Source: Geobacteraceae bacterium (lineage in GTDB: Bacteria > Desulfobacterota > Desulfuromonadia > Desulfuromonadales > BM103). From it: DNA of 64,000 bases. This document shows, in pieces, positions 16,923 through 26,392 of this stretch (the stretch's first letter is position 1; each line of letters opens with the position of its first letter). The notes beneath the pieces are model-generated. The model was not told where the DNA came from. It made no database searches and was given only the letters and a program-made list of their open reading frames with translations. The position numbers were made by a program, and so were the translations under genes. Location: positions 41,856 through 105,855 of the forward strand of contig JAHEDT010000006.1 in the NCBI GenBank assembly GCA_024641085.1. The letters are read 5' to 3'.

Positions 16923-17834
16923 TCAGGGCAGAGGAATAAACTCGGTTTCCCCGGGGACTCTCGGGAATCGCCCGGCCGCCCAATCCCGCTTGGCTTTTTC
17001 GATCAACTCCTTGCGGGTTGCCACCAGGTTCCACCAGAGGGTGCGTTTGCCCAGGGGAAGTCCGCCGATGATGATTAGCCGGGCGTCCTGCTTTGCACGC
17101 AGCTCAATTCCGGGGGCGCGGTCGAAAACTGCCATGTTGTGCAGTGGCAGATCTGTCCCTGCTGCTGCCAGTTCTCCAGCGACCAGGTAAACGGCACGCT
17201 CTTGGATGTGGTCAGGGAGGGTGACCGTGGCACCGGCTTGGAGGTTCACTTCGGCATAGAGTGTCTGTGACCAAGTCCTGACCGGAGAGGTCAGGCCGAA
17301 GGCCTCGCCGATCATCACCCGCACGGACCTGTCGTGTTCGATCTTCTCAGGCAGTTCGGCAGCATCGTAATGGTAAAACGCCGGATCGGTCTCTTCCTCT
17401 GTGGTTGGCAGGGCCACCCAGAGCTGCAGCGCGTGCAAGGTGTGCCCCTGGGCGCGAACGTCCGGAGGGGTTCGCTCGGAATGAACGATACCACGGCCGG
17501 CCGTCATCCAGTTGATAGCTTGCGGTCGGATCGGCTGGACGCTGCCGAGGCTGTCGCGATGGAGGATTTCACCCTCGAAAAGATAGGTGATGGTGGCCAG
17601 GCCGATATGGGGGTGAGGACGGACATCGATCCCCCGGCCCGGCTCGAACCAGGCCGGACCGAGGTGGTCGAAGAACACGAAAGGTCCGACCGATTTCAAC
17701 TTGGCCGCCGGCAGCAGGCGGCGCACTGAAAAGCCACCCAGATCTTTCTCCACCGGTTCAAGCAGGTTACGGAGCGAAGGGCAGGGCCCTTTATTGCAGG
17801 CAATGGTCCCGGGCTTGATCGTCATATCGTTCAT
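16923..17834 (-). CDS. pirin family protein
   Basis: Cupin metal-site region RPHPHIGLATITYLFEGEILHRDSLG and a bicupin length of 303 aa. Confidence 0.88.
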   Translation of the reverse strand: MNDMTIKPGTIACNKGPCPSLRNLLEPVEKDLGGFSVRRLLPAAKLKSVGPFVFFDHLGPAWFEPGRGIDVRPHPHIGLATITYLFEGEILHRDSLGSVQPIRPQAINWMTAGRGIVHSERTPPDVRAQGHTLHALQLWVALPTTEEETDPAFYHYDAAELPEKIEHDRSVRVMIGEAFGLTSPVRTWSQTLYAEVNLQAGATVTLPDHIQERAVYLVAGELAAAGTDLPLHNMAVFDRAPGIELRAKQDARLIIIGGLPLGKRTLWWNLVATRKELIEKAKRDWAAGRFPRVPGETEFIPLP

Positions 17835-17851
17835 GGATAGATCTCAGATTC

Positions 17852-18592
17852 CTAGGCGTTCCAGCCGCCATCGACATTGATTGTGGCACCGGTGATGTAG
17901 GATGCCTCCGGTCCGGCCAGGAAAGCAACCAGTGCGGCGACCTCGTTGGGTTGGCCGTATCGGCCGAGTGCCGTATTGCTGCGCATGTAGTCGGCATTGG
18001 GCCCGTCCTCGCGGTTCATTTCGGTATTGATCGGCCCCGGCTGCACGTCGTTGACCAGGATCTTGCGTGGGCCAAGATCCTTGGCCCAACTGCGGCTCAG
18101 GCCGGCGAGGGCGAACTTGCTGGCGTTGTAGATACTCAGCCCGGAGGTCGTGGCCCGTTCCCCGAGAACGCTTCCGATGTTGATAATCCGGCCGCCATCA
18201 GGCATCACCTTGACGACCGCCTGGGTCAGGCTGAAGACTGCATCGACGTTGACGTTCATGATCCGGCGATAGTCGGCGGCGTCGATCTCGCCGACCATGC
18301 CGCCGGCGAAGGTCCCGGCGTTGTTGACCAGGATGTCGATGCCGCCGAAATCTGCAACGACCCGACCGACAACCTGCGGCAAGGTTGCAGGCGTCTCCGC
18401 ATCAGCCTGATAGGCCTTTGCCCGTACGCCAAGTTTTTGAAGTTCGCTGGCCACCTTGGCGGCAGCGTCAGCTGAGGCACTGTAAGTAATGGCAATATCG
18501 GCTCCGGCTGCTGCCAGAAAGCGGGCGATGGCGGCCCCTATGCCGCGTGTTCCGCCAGTGACCAGGGCGGTTTTTCCAGAAAGTGGATGCAT
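17852..18592 (-). CDS. SDR family oxidoreductase
   Basis: Start at MHPLSGK (ATG 18592, AAGGAG 7 nt upstream). Motifs TGGTRGIG, NNAG and YNASK. Confidence 0.88.
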   Translation of the reverse strand: MHPLSGKTALVTGGTRGIGAAIARFLAAAGADIAITYSASADAAAKVASELQKLGVRAKAYQADAETPATLPQVVGRVVADFGGIDILVNNAGTFAGGMVGEIDAADYRRIMNVNVDAVFSLTQAVVKVMPDGGRIINIGSVLGERATTSGLSIYNASKFALAGLSRSWAKDLGPRKILVNDVQPGPINTEMNREDGPNADYMRSNTALGRYGQPNEVAALVAFLAGPEASYITGATINVDGGWNA

Positions 18593-18729
18593 GCTGAAGC
18601 TCCTTGGGGTTGAGAGTGCATGGCTTGTCGCTTGGTTCATGCTCCAGTTTAAATCCCGGGCATCAACAGTTCAACTCGAGATCATGAGAAATTTGCCGAT
18701 GGGCTTTCGTCCCGGCCCTCGCTTTAAGT

Positions 18730-18939
18730 TCAATGCCCCCGGCCGCGGAGGACCGTGACTGTCTCGCCGCCGATGCCGTAGTTGTCGGTGTCGATTTCAT
18801 CGATCACCACCACTGTGGTCTTCGGGCCGCGTTTGACGATCTCGACCAGCAGATCGGTTACGCCCTTGATCAGCGCGGCTTTCTGCTCTGGAGTAATCGG
18901 CCGTTGTTCGCGGGTCAGCTTGATGTTGACGAAGGGCAT
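18730..18939 (-). CDS. 4-oxalocrotonate tautomerase family protein
   Basis: 69 aa, with N-terminal MPFVNIKL (catalytic Pro1) and the typical length. Confidence 0.8.
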   Translation of the reverse strand: MPFVNIKLTREQRPITPEQKAALIKGVTDLLVEIVKRGPKTTVVVIDEIDTDNYGIGGETVTVLRGRGH

Positions 18940-19020
18940 TGGTCTTTCCTTTCCATCGGCTCAATGCTGTAAACCGTTTTGATTTTGTCAATCAGAGCTA
19001 TGCCGCCCCGGTTCCTTCGC

Positions 19021-19620
19021 CTACGATTTTGGCAGCCCCCATTCGTAGCGGATCGCCAGCAGGCGAACGGTGATCACCGTGCCCGCGGCGAGCAGGGCTG
19101 ATGCGGTCCTGCCGGCACCGGACTGCTCGAGTACGACCAGAAGGACGCCGCCGGCGATGCATGCGGATGCATAGATTTCACGCCGCAGGATCAGCGGGAT
19201 CTGGTTGGCGAGGACGTCGCGGAGGACGCCGCCGGCAGTGCCGGTCATCACGCCCATGAGAACCGCACCGAGCAGTCCCATCTGAAACTCGAGGGCCTTG
19301 GTCGTACCGATCACCAGGAAGGTGCCGAGCCCGATGGCATCGAAATAGAGCAGTGGCTTTTCGAATGTTTCGAAGCGTCTACGGTTGGCGAAGACGACCA
19401 GTGATGCGGCGAGGGCAATGGAGATGTATGTTTCATCCTGAAGCGAGAAGGGCGGGATGTCGCCCAGCAGCAGGTCGCGCAGGGTCCCGCCGCCGACGGC
19501 GGTGACCACACCGAGCACCAGCACGCCGAACAGGTCCATGTGTTTGCGTACGCCAACCCAGGCACCGGAGGCAGCAAACGCTGCGGTCCCGATCAGGTCT
19601 AGGAGGTAGAGGATGTTCAT
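19021..19620 (-). CDS. TRIC-type cation channel / UPF0126 (YadS-like) membrane protein
   Basis: Two-fold repeated glycine-rich TM pattern (GTAAFAASGA; GTTKALEF..GVMTGTAGGVLRDV), 199 aa. Confidence 0.85.
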   Translation of the reverse strand: MNILYLLDLIGTAAFAASGAWVGVRKHMDLFGVLVLGVVTAVGGGTLRDLLLGDIPPFSLQDETYISIALAASLVVFANRRRFETFEKPLLYFDAIGLGTFLVIGTTKALEFQMGLLGAVLMGVMTGTAGGVLRDVLANQIPLILRREIYASACIAGGVLLVVLEQSGAGRTASALLAAGTVITVRLLAIRYEWGLPKS

Positions 19621-19872
19621 GATTAGCCTTTTCGATAATGATACCGGCTCGTTCCGCTAAGGCAACCATGACATTTCGATGCGCCCAAAGCCAGGAGATT
19701 CTTCAGAGTTATGCAGAGTGCCAGCGCAGGCGTCCCTTGGTGTGCTCGCAAAAATCACACTCTGGGCATTTTTTATAACCTGCCTGCCCGTTGTGATTGA
19801 TGCCGCCGGCCGATTCAAGTACACTCAGCCATGCAATTGACCTGCAGTTAAATACGTTGGGGAGTGAGGATC

Positions 19873-20526
19873 ATGATTCTCGGTTTTGCCGGCAAGGCGG
19901 CGACAGGAAAAACCACGGCAGCAAAGCATATGGCACCTCTGCTTGATAAGGAGTGCAGGATCGTGCCGATGGCGATGGTGCTGCGCGACGAGGTCGAGGC
20001 TTTTTTGCGGGCGATTGGCGCTGATGAGTCGGTGCCCCTGGTTTACGGATGTCAGGATGACAAGGTGCGGGTCTTTTACGTCGATGAAGAGAATGCCCTG
20101 GGCCGGTGCCCTCAGTGGGCGCATTTTGTCGATGAGAACCGGGAGATTCAGGATCGTCCCGGGCAAACGGCGGTCACCGTGCGGCGTATCCTGCAGTGGT
20201 GGGGAACGGAGTACCGTCGCGCCCAGGATCCGGACTACTGGACCAAGGCCTGGGGGCGCAAGGTCGAGCAGTTCGATCTTGCCCGTTTGCATGTCCTCGT
20301 CGATGACGTGCGCTTCATTAACGAGTTGAACGTCATCAAGGAGCACGGTGGGCTGATCGTCAAGATCGAACGTCCGGGCTTCGACGGTGCGAACAATCAT
20401 GCCAGCGAGACCTCCCTGGATGAATACCAGGCATGGCACAGGGTCGTGGTCAACAACGGCACGCTCGACGCATTCAAGGCGCAGGTCGAACAACTCGCCG
20501 TCGAGTTGATGCAGCGGCGCGGCTGA
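19873..20526 (+). CDS. P-loop dNMP-kinase-like protein (phage-type deoxynucleoside monophosphate kinase family)
   Basis: Start preferred at ATG 19873 (GGAG..GAGG upstream). Walker A GFAGKAATGKTT, plus WWGTEYRR, DDVRFINE and HASE motifs as in T5-type dNMP kinases (from memory). Confidence 0.65.
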   Translation: MILGFAGKAATGKTTAAKHMAPLLDKECRIVPMAMVLRDEVEAFLRAIGADESVPLVYGCQDDKVRVFYVDEENALGRCPQWAHFVDENREIQDRPGQTAVTVRRILQWWGTEYRRAQDPDYWTKAWGRKVEQFDLARLHVLVDDVRFINELNVIKEHGGLIVKIERPGFDGANNHASETSLDEYQAWHRVVVNNGTLDAFKAQVEQLAVELMQRRG

Positions 20527-20667
20527 TTTTGACTGCCGGCAGCGATGTTTGCCCGGGGACAGGCGCAAGCTTGTCTCCTAGTTGATCGACGACAGGGCTG
20601 AATACACGGCTACCTGCAGAGACGTAATCCCCCTACAGCCTGGCCGCCCCGCTTCCGGAAAGAATCG

Positions 20668-21555
20668 ATGCTCACCTATCTCAAGCTACTGGCCACCATG
20701 GCGTTCTGGGGGGGGACTTTCGTGGCCGGTCGCCTTCTGGCCGGTGTGGTGCCGCCCTTCCACGCAGCATTCCTGCGGTTCTCCTTAGCCGTGATGCTCC
20801 TCCTGCTCATCCTGCGTTGCATTGAAGGACGTTTCCCGCCTCTTGATTTAAAACAGCTGGGCGCGGTGGGCTTGTTGGGTTTGACCGGCGTGTTCGGCTA
20901 CAATGTCGCATTCTTTACCGGCCTGCAGACTGTCTCGGCAGGTCGTGCCGGTCTCATCGTTGCCCTCAATCCGGTGGGTATTGCACTGCTTTCGGCCCTG
21001 TTCGGCGGGGAACCCTTGCGTATGGCCAGTATCGTGGGGATCGTGATATCCGTCACCGGGGCGATGCTGGTTATCAGCAACGGCGATCTCTCTCTAATGA
21101 CCAGTGGTGTCGGTGTCGGTGAACTGACCCTGCTCGGCTGCGTTCTGTGCTGGGCGCTCTATTCGGTCATCGGCCGGCGTGCCATGCGCGGGCTGTCGCC
21201 TTTGACCGCAGTGACTTACTCGGCCCTGGCCGGGACCCTGTTTCTCGCCCCGGCGGCCCTGGCCCAGGGTGTGTTAACCAGGATTTTCAGTTACGGGCTT
21301 GAAGCCTGGGCCAGTATCATCTTCCTGGCGGTGTTCGGGACTGTGCTGGGCTTCATCTGGTACTACCAGTCGATCAACGAGATCGGCGCGGTCAAGTCAG
21401 GGGTCTTCATCAATTTCGTCCCGTTGTTCGCCATGCTCTTTGGATTATTGCTGCTCGACGAGCCAGTGACCCTCACCCTGCTGCAGGGTGCAGCGCTGGT
21501 TATCACCGGGGCGTGGATCACCAACCATGGTGGTTTCTGGAAGAGTCCCGGCTGA
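20668..21555 (+). CDS. DMT superfamily (EamA) transporter
   Basis: About 10 TM helices, two EamA-like halves, 295 aa. Confidence 0.85.
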   Translation: MLTYLKLLATMAFWGGTFVAGRLLAGVVPPFHAAFLRFSLAVMLLLLILRCIEGRFPPLDLKQLGAVGLLGLTGVFGYNVAFFTGLQTVSAGRAGLIVALNPVGIALLSALFGGEPLRMASIVGIVISVTGAMLVISNGDLSLMTSGVGVGELTLLGCVLCWALYSVIGRRAMRGLSPLTAVTYSALAGTLFLAPAALAQGVLTRIFSYGLEAWASIIFLAVFGTVLGFIWYYQSINEIGAVKSGVFINFVPLFAMLFGLLLLDEPVTLTLLQGAALVITGAWITNHGGFWKSPG

Positions 21556-21574
21556 TTGACTCCGGGACTCTTCC
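21539..21574. terminator. 13-bp hairpin spanning the DMT stop codon
   Basis: GGAAGAGTCCCGG / CCGGGACTCTTCC with a 10-nt loop containing TGA 21553-21555. It lies between convergent genes. No clear T-run. Confidence 0.5.
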
Positions 21575-21596
21575 CTATCTACTCCTGGCTATCGAC

Positions 21597-22982
21597 TCAC
21601 TTGGTTTTCAGGGCGACGTAGAGCAGGCTGTCCTGCCGCTTGATGAGCAGCCTCAGGACCCCCGTCTTGGATGCTTCTGACGTGGCGGCCTTGAAACTGT
21701 GCAAGTCGTTGGTCTGCTTGCCGTTCGCTTCGAGTATGATATCGCCACTATGCACACCGGCGTCGGCCGCCGGGCCGTCCTGGTTGACATCCGTAACCAG
21801 CAGTCCTACGCCGGGTTCGAACCCGTACTGCTGGGCCATCCCACCGTCGATCTCCTTGAGGACCAGGCCAAGCTTGTCCCAGCTGCTCCCCTGGGCCGTT
21901 TGCGTGACCGATCCAGAACCTTCATCGGCCATCTTACCGATGGTGAGGCGTATTTCCCGGTTCTTGCCATCACGCTGGATCTGCATCTTGACGTTTTCAT
22001 TGACCGGGGTTGCCGCAACCAGGCGGGGCAGGTCCCGCATATCCTTGATCTCGTGGCCATTGAACGACAGGATGACGTCGCCGCGCTGCAGACCCGCTTT
22101 TGCAGCTGGTGAATCCTTGGTGACATCCGTGACGAGCGCCCCGCGCTCCTGCTCGAGTCCGAAACTCTTGGCCAGTTCGGGCGTCATTTGCTGCACTGCC
22201 ACACCGAGCCAGCCGCGGGTCACCTTGCCGCTGGTACGCAACTGGTCCAGAATCTCCTTGACCGAGTTGATCGGGATGGCGAAACCGATCCCCTGCCCGC
22301 CGGCGACAATCGCGGTGTTGATGCCGACGACCTGGCCCGCGGCATTGAACAGGGGGCCGCCGGAGTTGCCGGGGTTGATCGAGGCATCGGTCTGGATGAA
22401 ATCATCATAGGGTCCGGCGCCGATGACTCGACCTTTGGCCGAGACAATCCCGGCAGTGACCGTCTGCTCGAGGCCGAAGGGGTTGCCGATGGCCATGACC
22501 CATTCACCGACCTTGAGCTCATCGCTGTCACCGAGCGATGTCGTGGGCAGCTGCCCTTTGGTGTCGACCTTGATCAATGCCAGGTCGAGCTTTTTGTCAG
22601 CGCCTTTGACCGTCGCCGGGAAAGTGCGGCCGTCACTGAGCTTGACCTTGATTTCATCGGCGCCGTCGACGACGTGGTCGTTGGTCAGGATGTAGCCGTC
22701 CTGGGAAATGATGAACCCCGAACCGAGGGCGCCCTGGTGGCGCGGCGGCCCGGGTTGGCCGTTGAAGAAATGATTGAAAAAGTCATCGAAAGGGCTGCCC
22801 GGGCCGAACTGGGGCAGTGGCCTTTGGGTGACTGTCTTGGACGTGCTGATGTTGACGACCGAAGGTTTGTTCTGCTCGGCAAGCTGCACGAAGTCAGGCA
22901 CTTCGGCCGCGATGGCTGGTATGCTCAAGGCCAGGACGAGGCCGAGTATCAAGAGGTTGGTGCGAATTGGTCTGATAATCAT
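21597..22982 (-). CDS. degP: DegP/HtrA (Do) family periplasmic serine protease with two PDZ domains
   Basis: Signal peptide, catalytic motifs TNDHVV and GNSGGPL, two PDZ-like segments. Start ATG 22982 has GGAG 7 nt upstream. The track start 22994 is the alternative. Confidence 0.9.
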   Translation of the reverse strand: MIIRPIRTNLLILGLVLALSIPAIAAEVPDFVQLAEQNKPSVVNISTSKTVTQRPLPQFGPGSPFDDFFNHFFNGQPGPPRHQGALGSGFIISQDGYILTNDHVVDGADEIKVKLSDGRTFPATVKGADKKLDLALIKVDTKGQLPTTSLGDSDELKVGEWVMAIGNPFGLEQTVTAGIVSAKGRVIGAGPYDDFIQTDASINPGNSGGPLFNAAGQVVGINTAIVAGGQGIGFAIPINSVKEILDQLRTSGKVTRGWLGVAVQQMTPELAKSFGLEQERGALVTDVTKDSPAAKAGLQRGDVILSFNGHEIKDMRDLPRLVAATPVNENVKMQIQRDGKNREIRLTIGKMADEGSGSVTQTAQGSSWDKLGLVLKEIDGGMAQQYGFEPGVGLLVTDVNQDGPAADAGVHSGDIILEANGKQTNDLHSFKAATSEASKTGVLRLLIKRQDSLLYVALKTK

Positions 22983-23040
22983 ATGGGACTCCATTTCGGG
23001 TACGGGTTGGTGTTGCTTGCTTTCTTTGCCACTCCGGAGC

Positions 23041-24435
23041 TCAGGACGGTCGTGGCAGACTGATCGTGAGTTTTAGCCCGGGTTGGTTGTCCTCGAGTTC
23101 GATCTGGCCATGATGCAGTTTGACAATCGCAGCGACCAGGCTCAGGCCGAGACCGTTGCCGGGTGAAGAACGGCTCGATTCGAGACGGAAAAACCGCTCA
23201 AAAACCTTCTCCCTGGCTTCAGGAGGAATGCCCGGGCCAGTATCGCAGATATCGACCTGCAGCTGATCAGGCCGGTCATGCATGAACAGGCGGATACTTC
23301 CTGATGCCGGCGTGTACTTGATGGCGTTGTCCAGGATATTGGCAAAGGCCTGGAAGAGCAGGTCCCTGTCGCCCATAATCGGTCGGGAGTCGATGACCTC
23401 GGCCATAAAGGTCTGTCCTCGCTCTTCACTCAACGGCTCGTAGAGCTCGACCAGGTCATTCAGGAGGCCGGTCATGTCGACCTCTTTGAAGCCGCCTCTG
23501 CGCCCGCCCGATTCGATCTCGCTGATGCGCAGCAGGGCCTTGAAGGTTGTCAGCAGCCCATCGGCTTCGCCGATCGCCTGGTCGAGCAGTTCATCGTGGC
23601 GATCCATGGATGCGCCGTTCTCCCTCAGCATGTCGAGACGTCGACGCAGGCGGGTCAACGGGGTCCTCAGGTCATGGGCGATGTTGTTGGTGACCTGCCT
23701 GACTCCCTGCATCAGTTCCTCGATCTGCTCGAGCATCCGGTTAAGGGTCCCGACCAGCCGGTCGAAGTCGTCGTCTCCACCTGTGCGAGGAATGCGCTGT
23801 GAGAGGTTGCCATCCATGATCTGGTGGCAGGTCGCATTAATCGTTTCGATCCTGCGCATCATGGTCCGGCTCATGGCCGCGCCACCGGCCAGGGCCAGGA
23901 CCAGGGTCATCACCAGACCCCAGAAGAGAGCGTCCCTTATCAGGGCCTGGATCTCATCCAGGTCATGGACGTCGCGCCCGACCAGCAGGTGGAAATCCCC
24001 GCGCAGTTGGAAGACCCGGGCCATGGCCTTATGCTGGTCACCATCTTCGTTGGGGCCTTTTTCGATTTGAAATGATACCCATCCCTGTTCAGACTGCGGA
24101 TTCTGAGGCCACTTCTCGAGGTTGCCGGTGATTGGTTTGAAGTCCTTGTCGGTGAGCAGGTAGAGAGACGTCCCGGTTTTCTGGCGGCTCAGTCGTTCGT
24201 TGATGACCTTGCTTAATCCCGGCAGGCCGGACAGGTCATAACGTTCGGCCAACCCGGTAATCTCGGCTTCGATGGTGGCTTCAGCCTGCCGCACCATGTA
24301 GCCGGCAGTAGACCAGTAGATGAAGCCCAGCAGCAGCAGCACCGAAATGCCGAACAGCGCCATGTATACCAGGGCGAGGCGGAATGTCGAGCTCCTGCCG
24401 AGCTTAGTGATCTGCACGGAGAACATAGCCGGCAC
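23041..24435 (-). CDS. sensor histidine kinase (2 TM, HAMP, HisKA, HATPase_c)
   Basis: IAHDLRTPLT H-box, N-box NILDNAIKY, G-box GNGLGLSLV. The start is uncertain (GTG 24435 or ATG 24426). It overlaps the regulator gene. Confidence 0.88.
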   Translation of the reverse strand: MPAMFSVQITKLGRSSTFRLALVYMALFGISVLLLLGFIYWSTAGYMVRQAEATIEAEITGLAERYDLSGLPGLSKVINERLSRQKTGTSLYLLTDKDFKPITGNLEKWPQNPQSEQGWVSFQIEKGPNEDGDQHKAMARVFQLRGDFHLLVGRDVHDLDEIQALIRDALFWGLVMTLVLALAGGAAMSRTMMRRIETINATCHQIMDGNLSQRIPRTGGDDDFDRLVGTLNRMLEQIEELMQGVRQVTNNIAHDLRTPLTRLRRRLDMLRENGASMDRHDELLDQAIGEADGLLTTFKALLRISEIESGGRRGGFKEVDMTGLLNDLVELYEPLSEERGQTFMAEVIDSRPIMGDRDLLFQAFANILDNAIKYTPASGSIRLFMHDRPDQLQVDICDTGPGIPPEAREKVFERFFRLESSRSSPGNGLGLSLVAAIVKLHHGQIELEDNQPGLKLTISLPRPS

Positions 24436-25084
24436 CCCGGATGGTGTGCAGCATGGGCCGGTCGAAATGCTTGTCTATCTTGCTGCGCAGCCGGCTGATG
24501 TGCACGTCGATGACATTGGTCTGGGGGTCGAAATTGTAGTCCCAGACGTTCTCCAGCAGCATGGTCCTGGTCACGACCTGGCCGCTGTTGCGCATCAGGA
24601 ACTCGAGCAGGCGAAATTCTCTTGGCTGCAGATCGATTGCCTGTCCTTTGCGTCTGACGGCCCGGGAGAGCAGGTCCATCTCCAGGTCGCCGACTTTGAG
24701 CAGCGTCGTCTGTTCGGTGGCGGCTGCGGTGCGGCGCACCAGGGCTTCGAGCCGGGCGAGCAGTTCTGAAAAGGCAAAGGGCTTGGCCAGGTAATCGTCG
24801 CCACCGGAGCGCAGCCCCTCGACCCGGGCATCGACTTCGCCGAGTGCGCTGAGGATCAGCACCGGCGTCAGGTTGCCCGCCGAGCGCAACGCCCGGATAA
24901 TTGCCAGCCCATCCAAGCCGGGCAGCATGCGGTCGACAACCAGCACCTCGTAGGGTTGATCCAGGGCCATGAACAGCCCGTCCCGCCCATCATGTGACAG
25001 GTGCACGGCATGACCGCACTCGTTCAACCCCTTGGCCAGGTATGCTGCGGTATCGGTGTCGTCTTCGATCAATAGAATACGCAT
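24404..25084 (-). CDS. OmpR-family response regulator
   Basis: Start at MRILLIEDD (ATG 25084). Receiver domain plus winged-helix C-terminus (LTRTMLLENVWDYNFDPQTNVIDVHISRLRSKID). Confidence 0.9.
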   Translation of the reverse strand: MRILLIEDDTDTAAYLAKGLNECGHAVHLSHDGRDGLFMALDQPYEVLVVDRMLPGLDGLAIIRALRSAGNLTPVLILSALGEVDARVEGLRSGGDDYLAKPFAFSELLARLEALVRRTAAATEQTTLLKVGDLEMDLLSRAVRRKGQAIDLQPREFRLLEFLMRNSGQVVTRTMLLENVWDYNFDPQTNVIDVHISRLRSKIDKHFDRPMLHTIRGAGYVLRADH

Positions 25085-25124
25085 CTTGTGACTCCGTGGT
25101 CGGTGAAGCGCTCTCGCCACAGGG

Positions 25125-25442
25125 TTATTGTAAACGCCTGTTCCCTGGTCGGCAAACCGATTCCTCTTCGGTGATGCCAATCATCAGCCCCTGGCGCGCG
25201 AGCTTGCCGGCCAGGTCGAGGACCAGGTGCCCATGGTCTGACCCGCCCGGGGCACGCAAGTGGACATAGAGATCACGATCCGTCGTGCAGAAGATCGCAG
25301 CGGTCCAGTCACTCACCTCGATTGCCGTTTGAAATACCCGGTGCTGTTTGAGCAGGCCGTCAATCTGGATGGTCGCCAGGTACCGGCCATCGCGGACATC
25401 TATGTTGAGTTCGACGCAGCTGGCGGTAAAAGATTGTTGCAC
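25125..25442 (-). CDS. hypothetical protein (105 aa)
   Basis: GTG start with AAGGGAG 7 nt upstream, immediately after the TAA of the preceding gene. No recognisable domain. Confidence 0.5.
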   Translation of the reverse strand: MQQSFTASCVELNIDVRDGRYLATIQIDGLLKQHRVFQTAIEVSDWTAAIFCTTDRDLYVHLRAPGGSDHGHLVLDLAGKLARQGLMIGITEEESVCRPGNRRLQ

Positions 25443-25453
25443 AGTTGACTCCC

Positions 25454-25897
25454 TTAAGCCTTTTGGAAAGTGAATTCGTCCGTTAACAACTGGCCGCCGG
25501 CGATGATTTCAGCTTCCAGCCGGTAATGTCCCGGGGGCAGGTGCATGGTATCGATCAGGTACCCCCCTTTCATCGGCAGGGCCCTTTGCATCATCTGGTG
25601 GCCGGCCTGATTGATCACCGTCGTGACAACCTGCGCATTTTTAACGATTTTTCCTTTGGGGTCGCTGATGAACATGACCATGGCCCCAAGCGGTTGATTC
25701 GGACCGGTCAGGGCAAACTGCAGGCCGAAATCACCCGTCACAAATGCCAGGTGATAGTCGTCGGACTGGTTCTGTTGAACCGTCGCTTCCTCAATATTGT
25801 CCTCCAATTCGTTGACCGGGTTGGCCAGGGCGCTGGCAGGCAGAGCCATGGCGGTGACACAAAGTGCGGAACAGACTGCCTTGATCACTTTTTTCAT
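25454..25897 (-). CDS. periplasmic hypothetical protein with signal peptide
   Basis: GAGGAG RBS precedes ATG 25897. Signal peptide MKKVIKAVCSALCVTAMALPASALA. The remainder looks beta-rich and has no recognised motif. Confidence 0.65.
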   Translation of the reverse strand: MKKVIKAVCSALCVTAMALPASALANPVNELEDNIEEATVQQNQSDDYHLAFVTGDFGLQFALTGPNQPLGAMVMFISDPKGKIVKNAQVVTTVINQAGHQMMQRALPMKGGYLIDTMHLPPGHYRLEAEIIAGGQLLTDEFTFQKA

Positions 25898-26222
25898 GGG
25901 AGTTCTCCTCGGGAGCAGGCTCTGTGGAGCGCCACAGAAGTTCAATTTGTGATCAGTATATACGGCTCCCATTACCGGAGCCTTTCCGGAACATTACAAA
26001 TTGGCAAGGTTGTCGGGATCAAGGGGCCGGCCCGGGCAATACCCTGCAGCCATCAGGGAGACGCACTTCATTGGTGAGCAGTTTGGGCCATCTTTTCACC
26101 GGTACCGGACATCTTCAGATCACGTATTTATGCTTGACAAACATGACTCAAATGGTAACCATTAGAATGGAGAACATGTCTTTTTCATGTTCGACCTCCT
26201 GAGAAACACCGAGAAACCCGTT

Positions 26223-26258
26223 GCCCCACAGTCACCCTCCTGACTGTGGGGCTTTTTT
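26223..26258 (+). terminator. strong plus-strand rho-independent terminator with no upstream plus-strand gene
   Basis: 12-bp stem GCCCCACAGTCA / TGACTGTGGGGC, 6-nt loop, then TTTTTT. On the minus strand no T-run follows. Confidence 0.8.
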
Positions 26259-26392
26259 CATGCCTGTCGCCTTGATGGACCCGCATAACTGAACGCGCAA
26301 ATTTTTGCTGTGACCCATATCGTCCGTCAGCTCTCTTAGAGCAAAATAGTAAAAATTAGATAATCTTTAAAAGCTACTGCATGGATAAGTGA

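Noticed and set aside
26100-26392. Mn2+ (yybP-ykoY) or Mg2+ (M-box) riboswitch before the P-type ATPase
   Set aside because: There is no GGGGAGUAG-type conserved core, and the region is too short and simple for an M-box. It is kept only as a generic attenuator/sRNA candidate.
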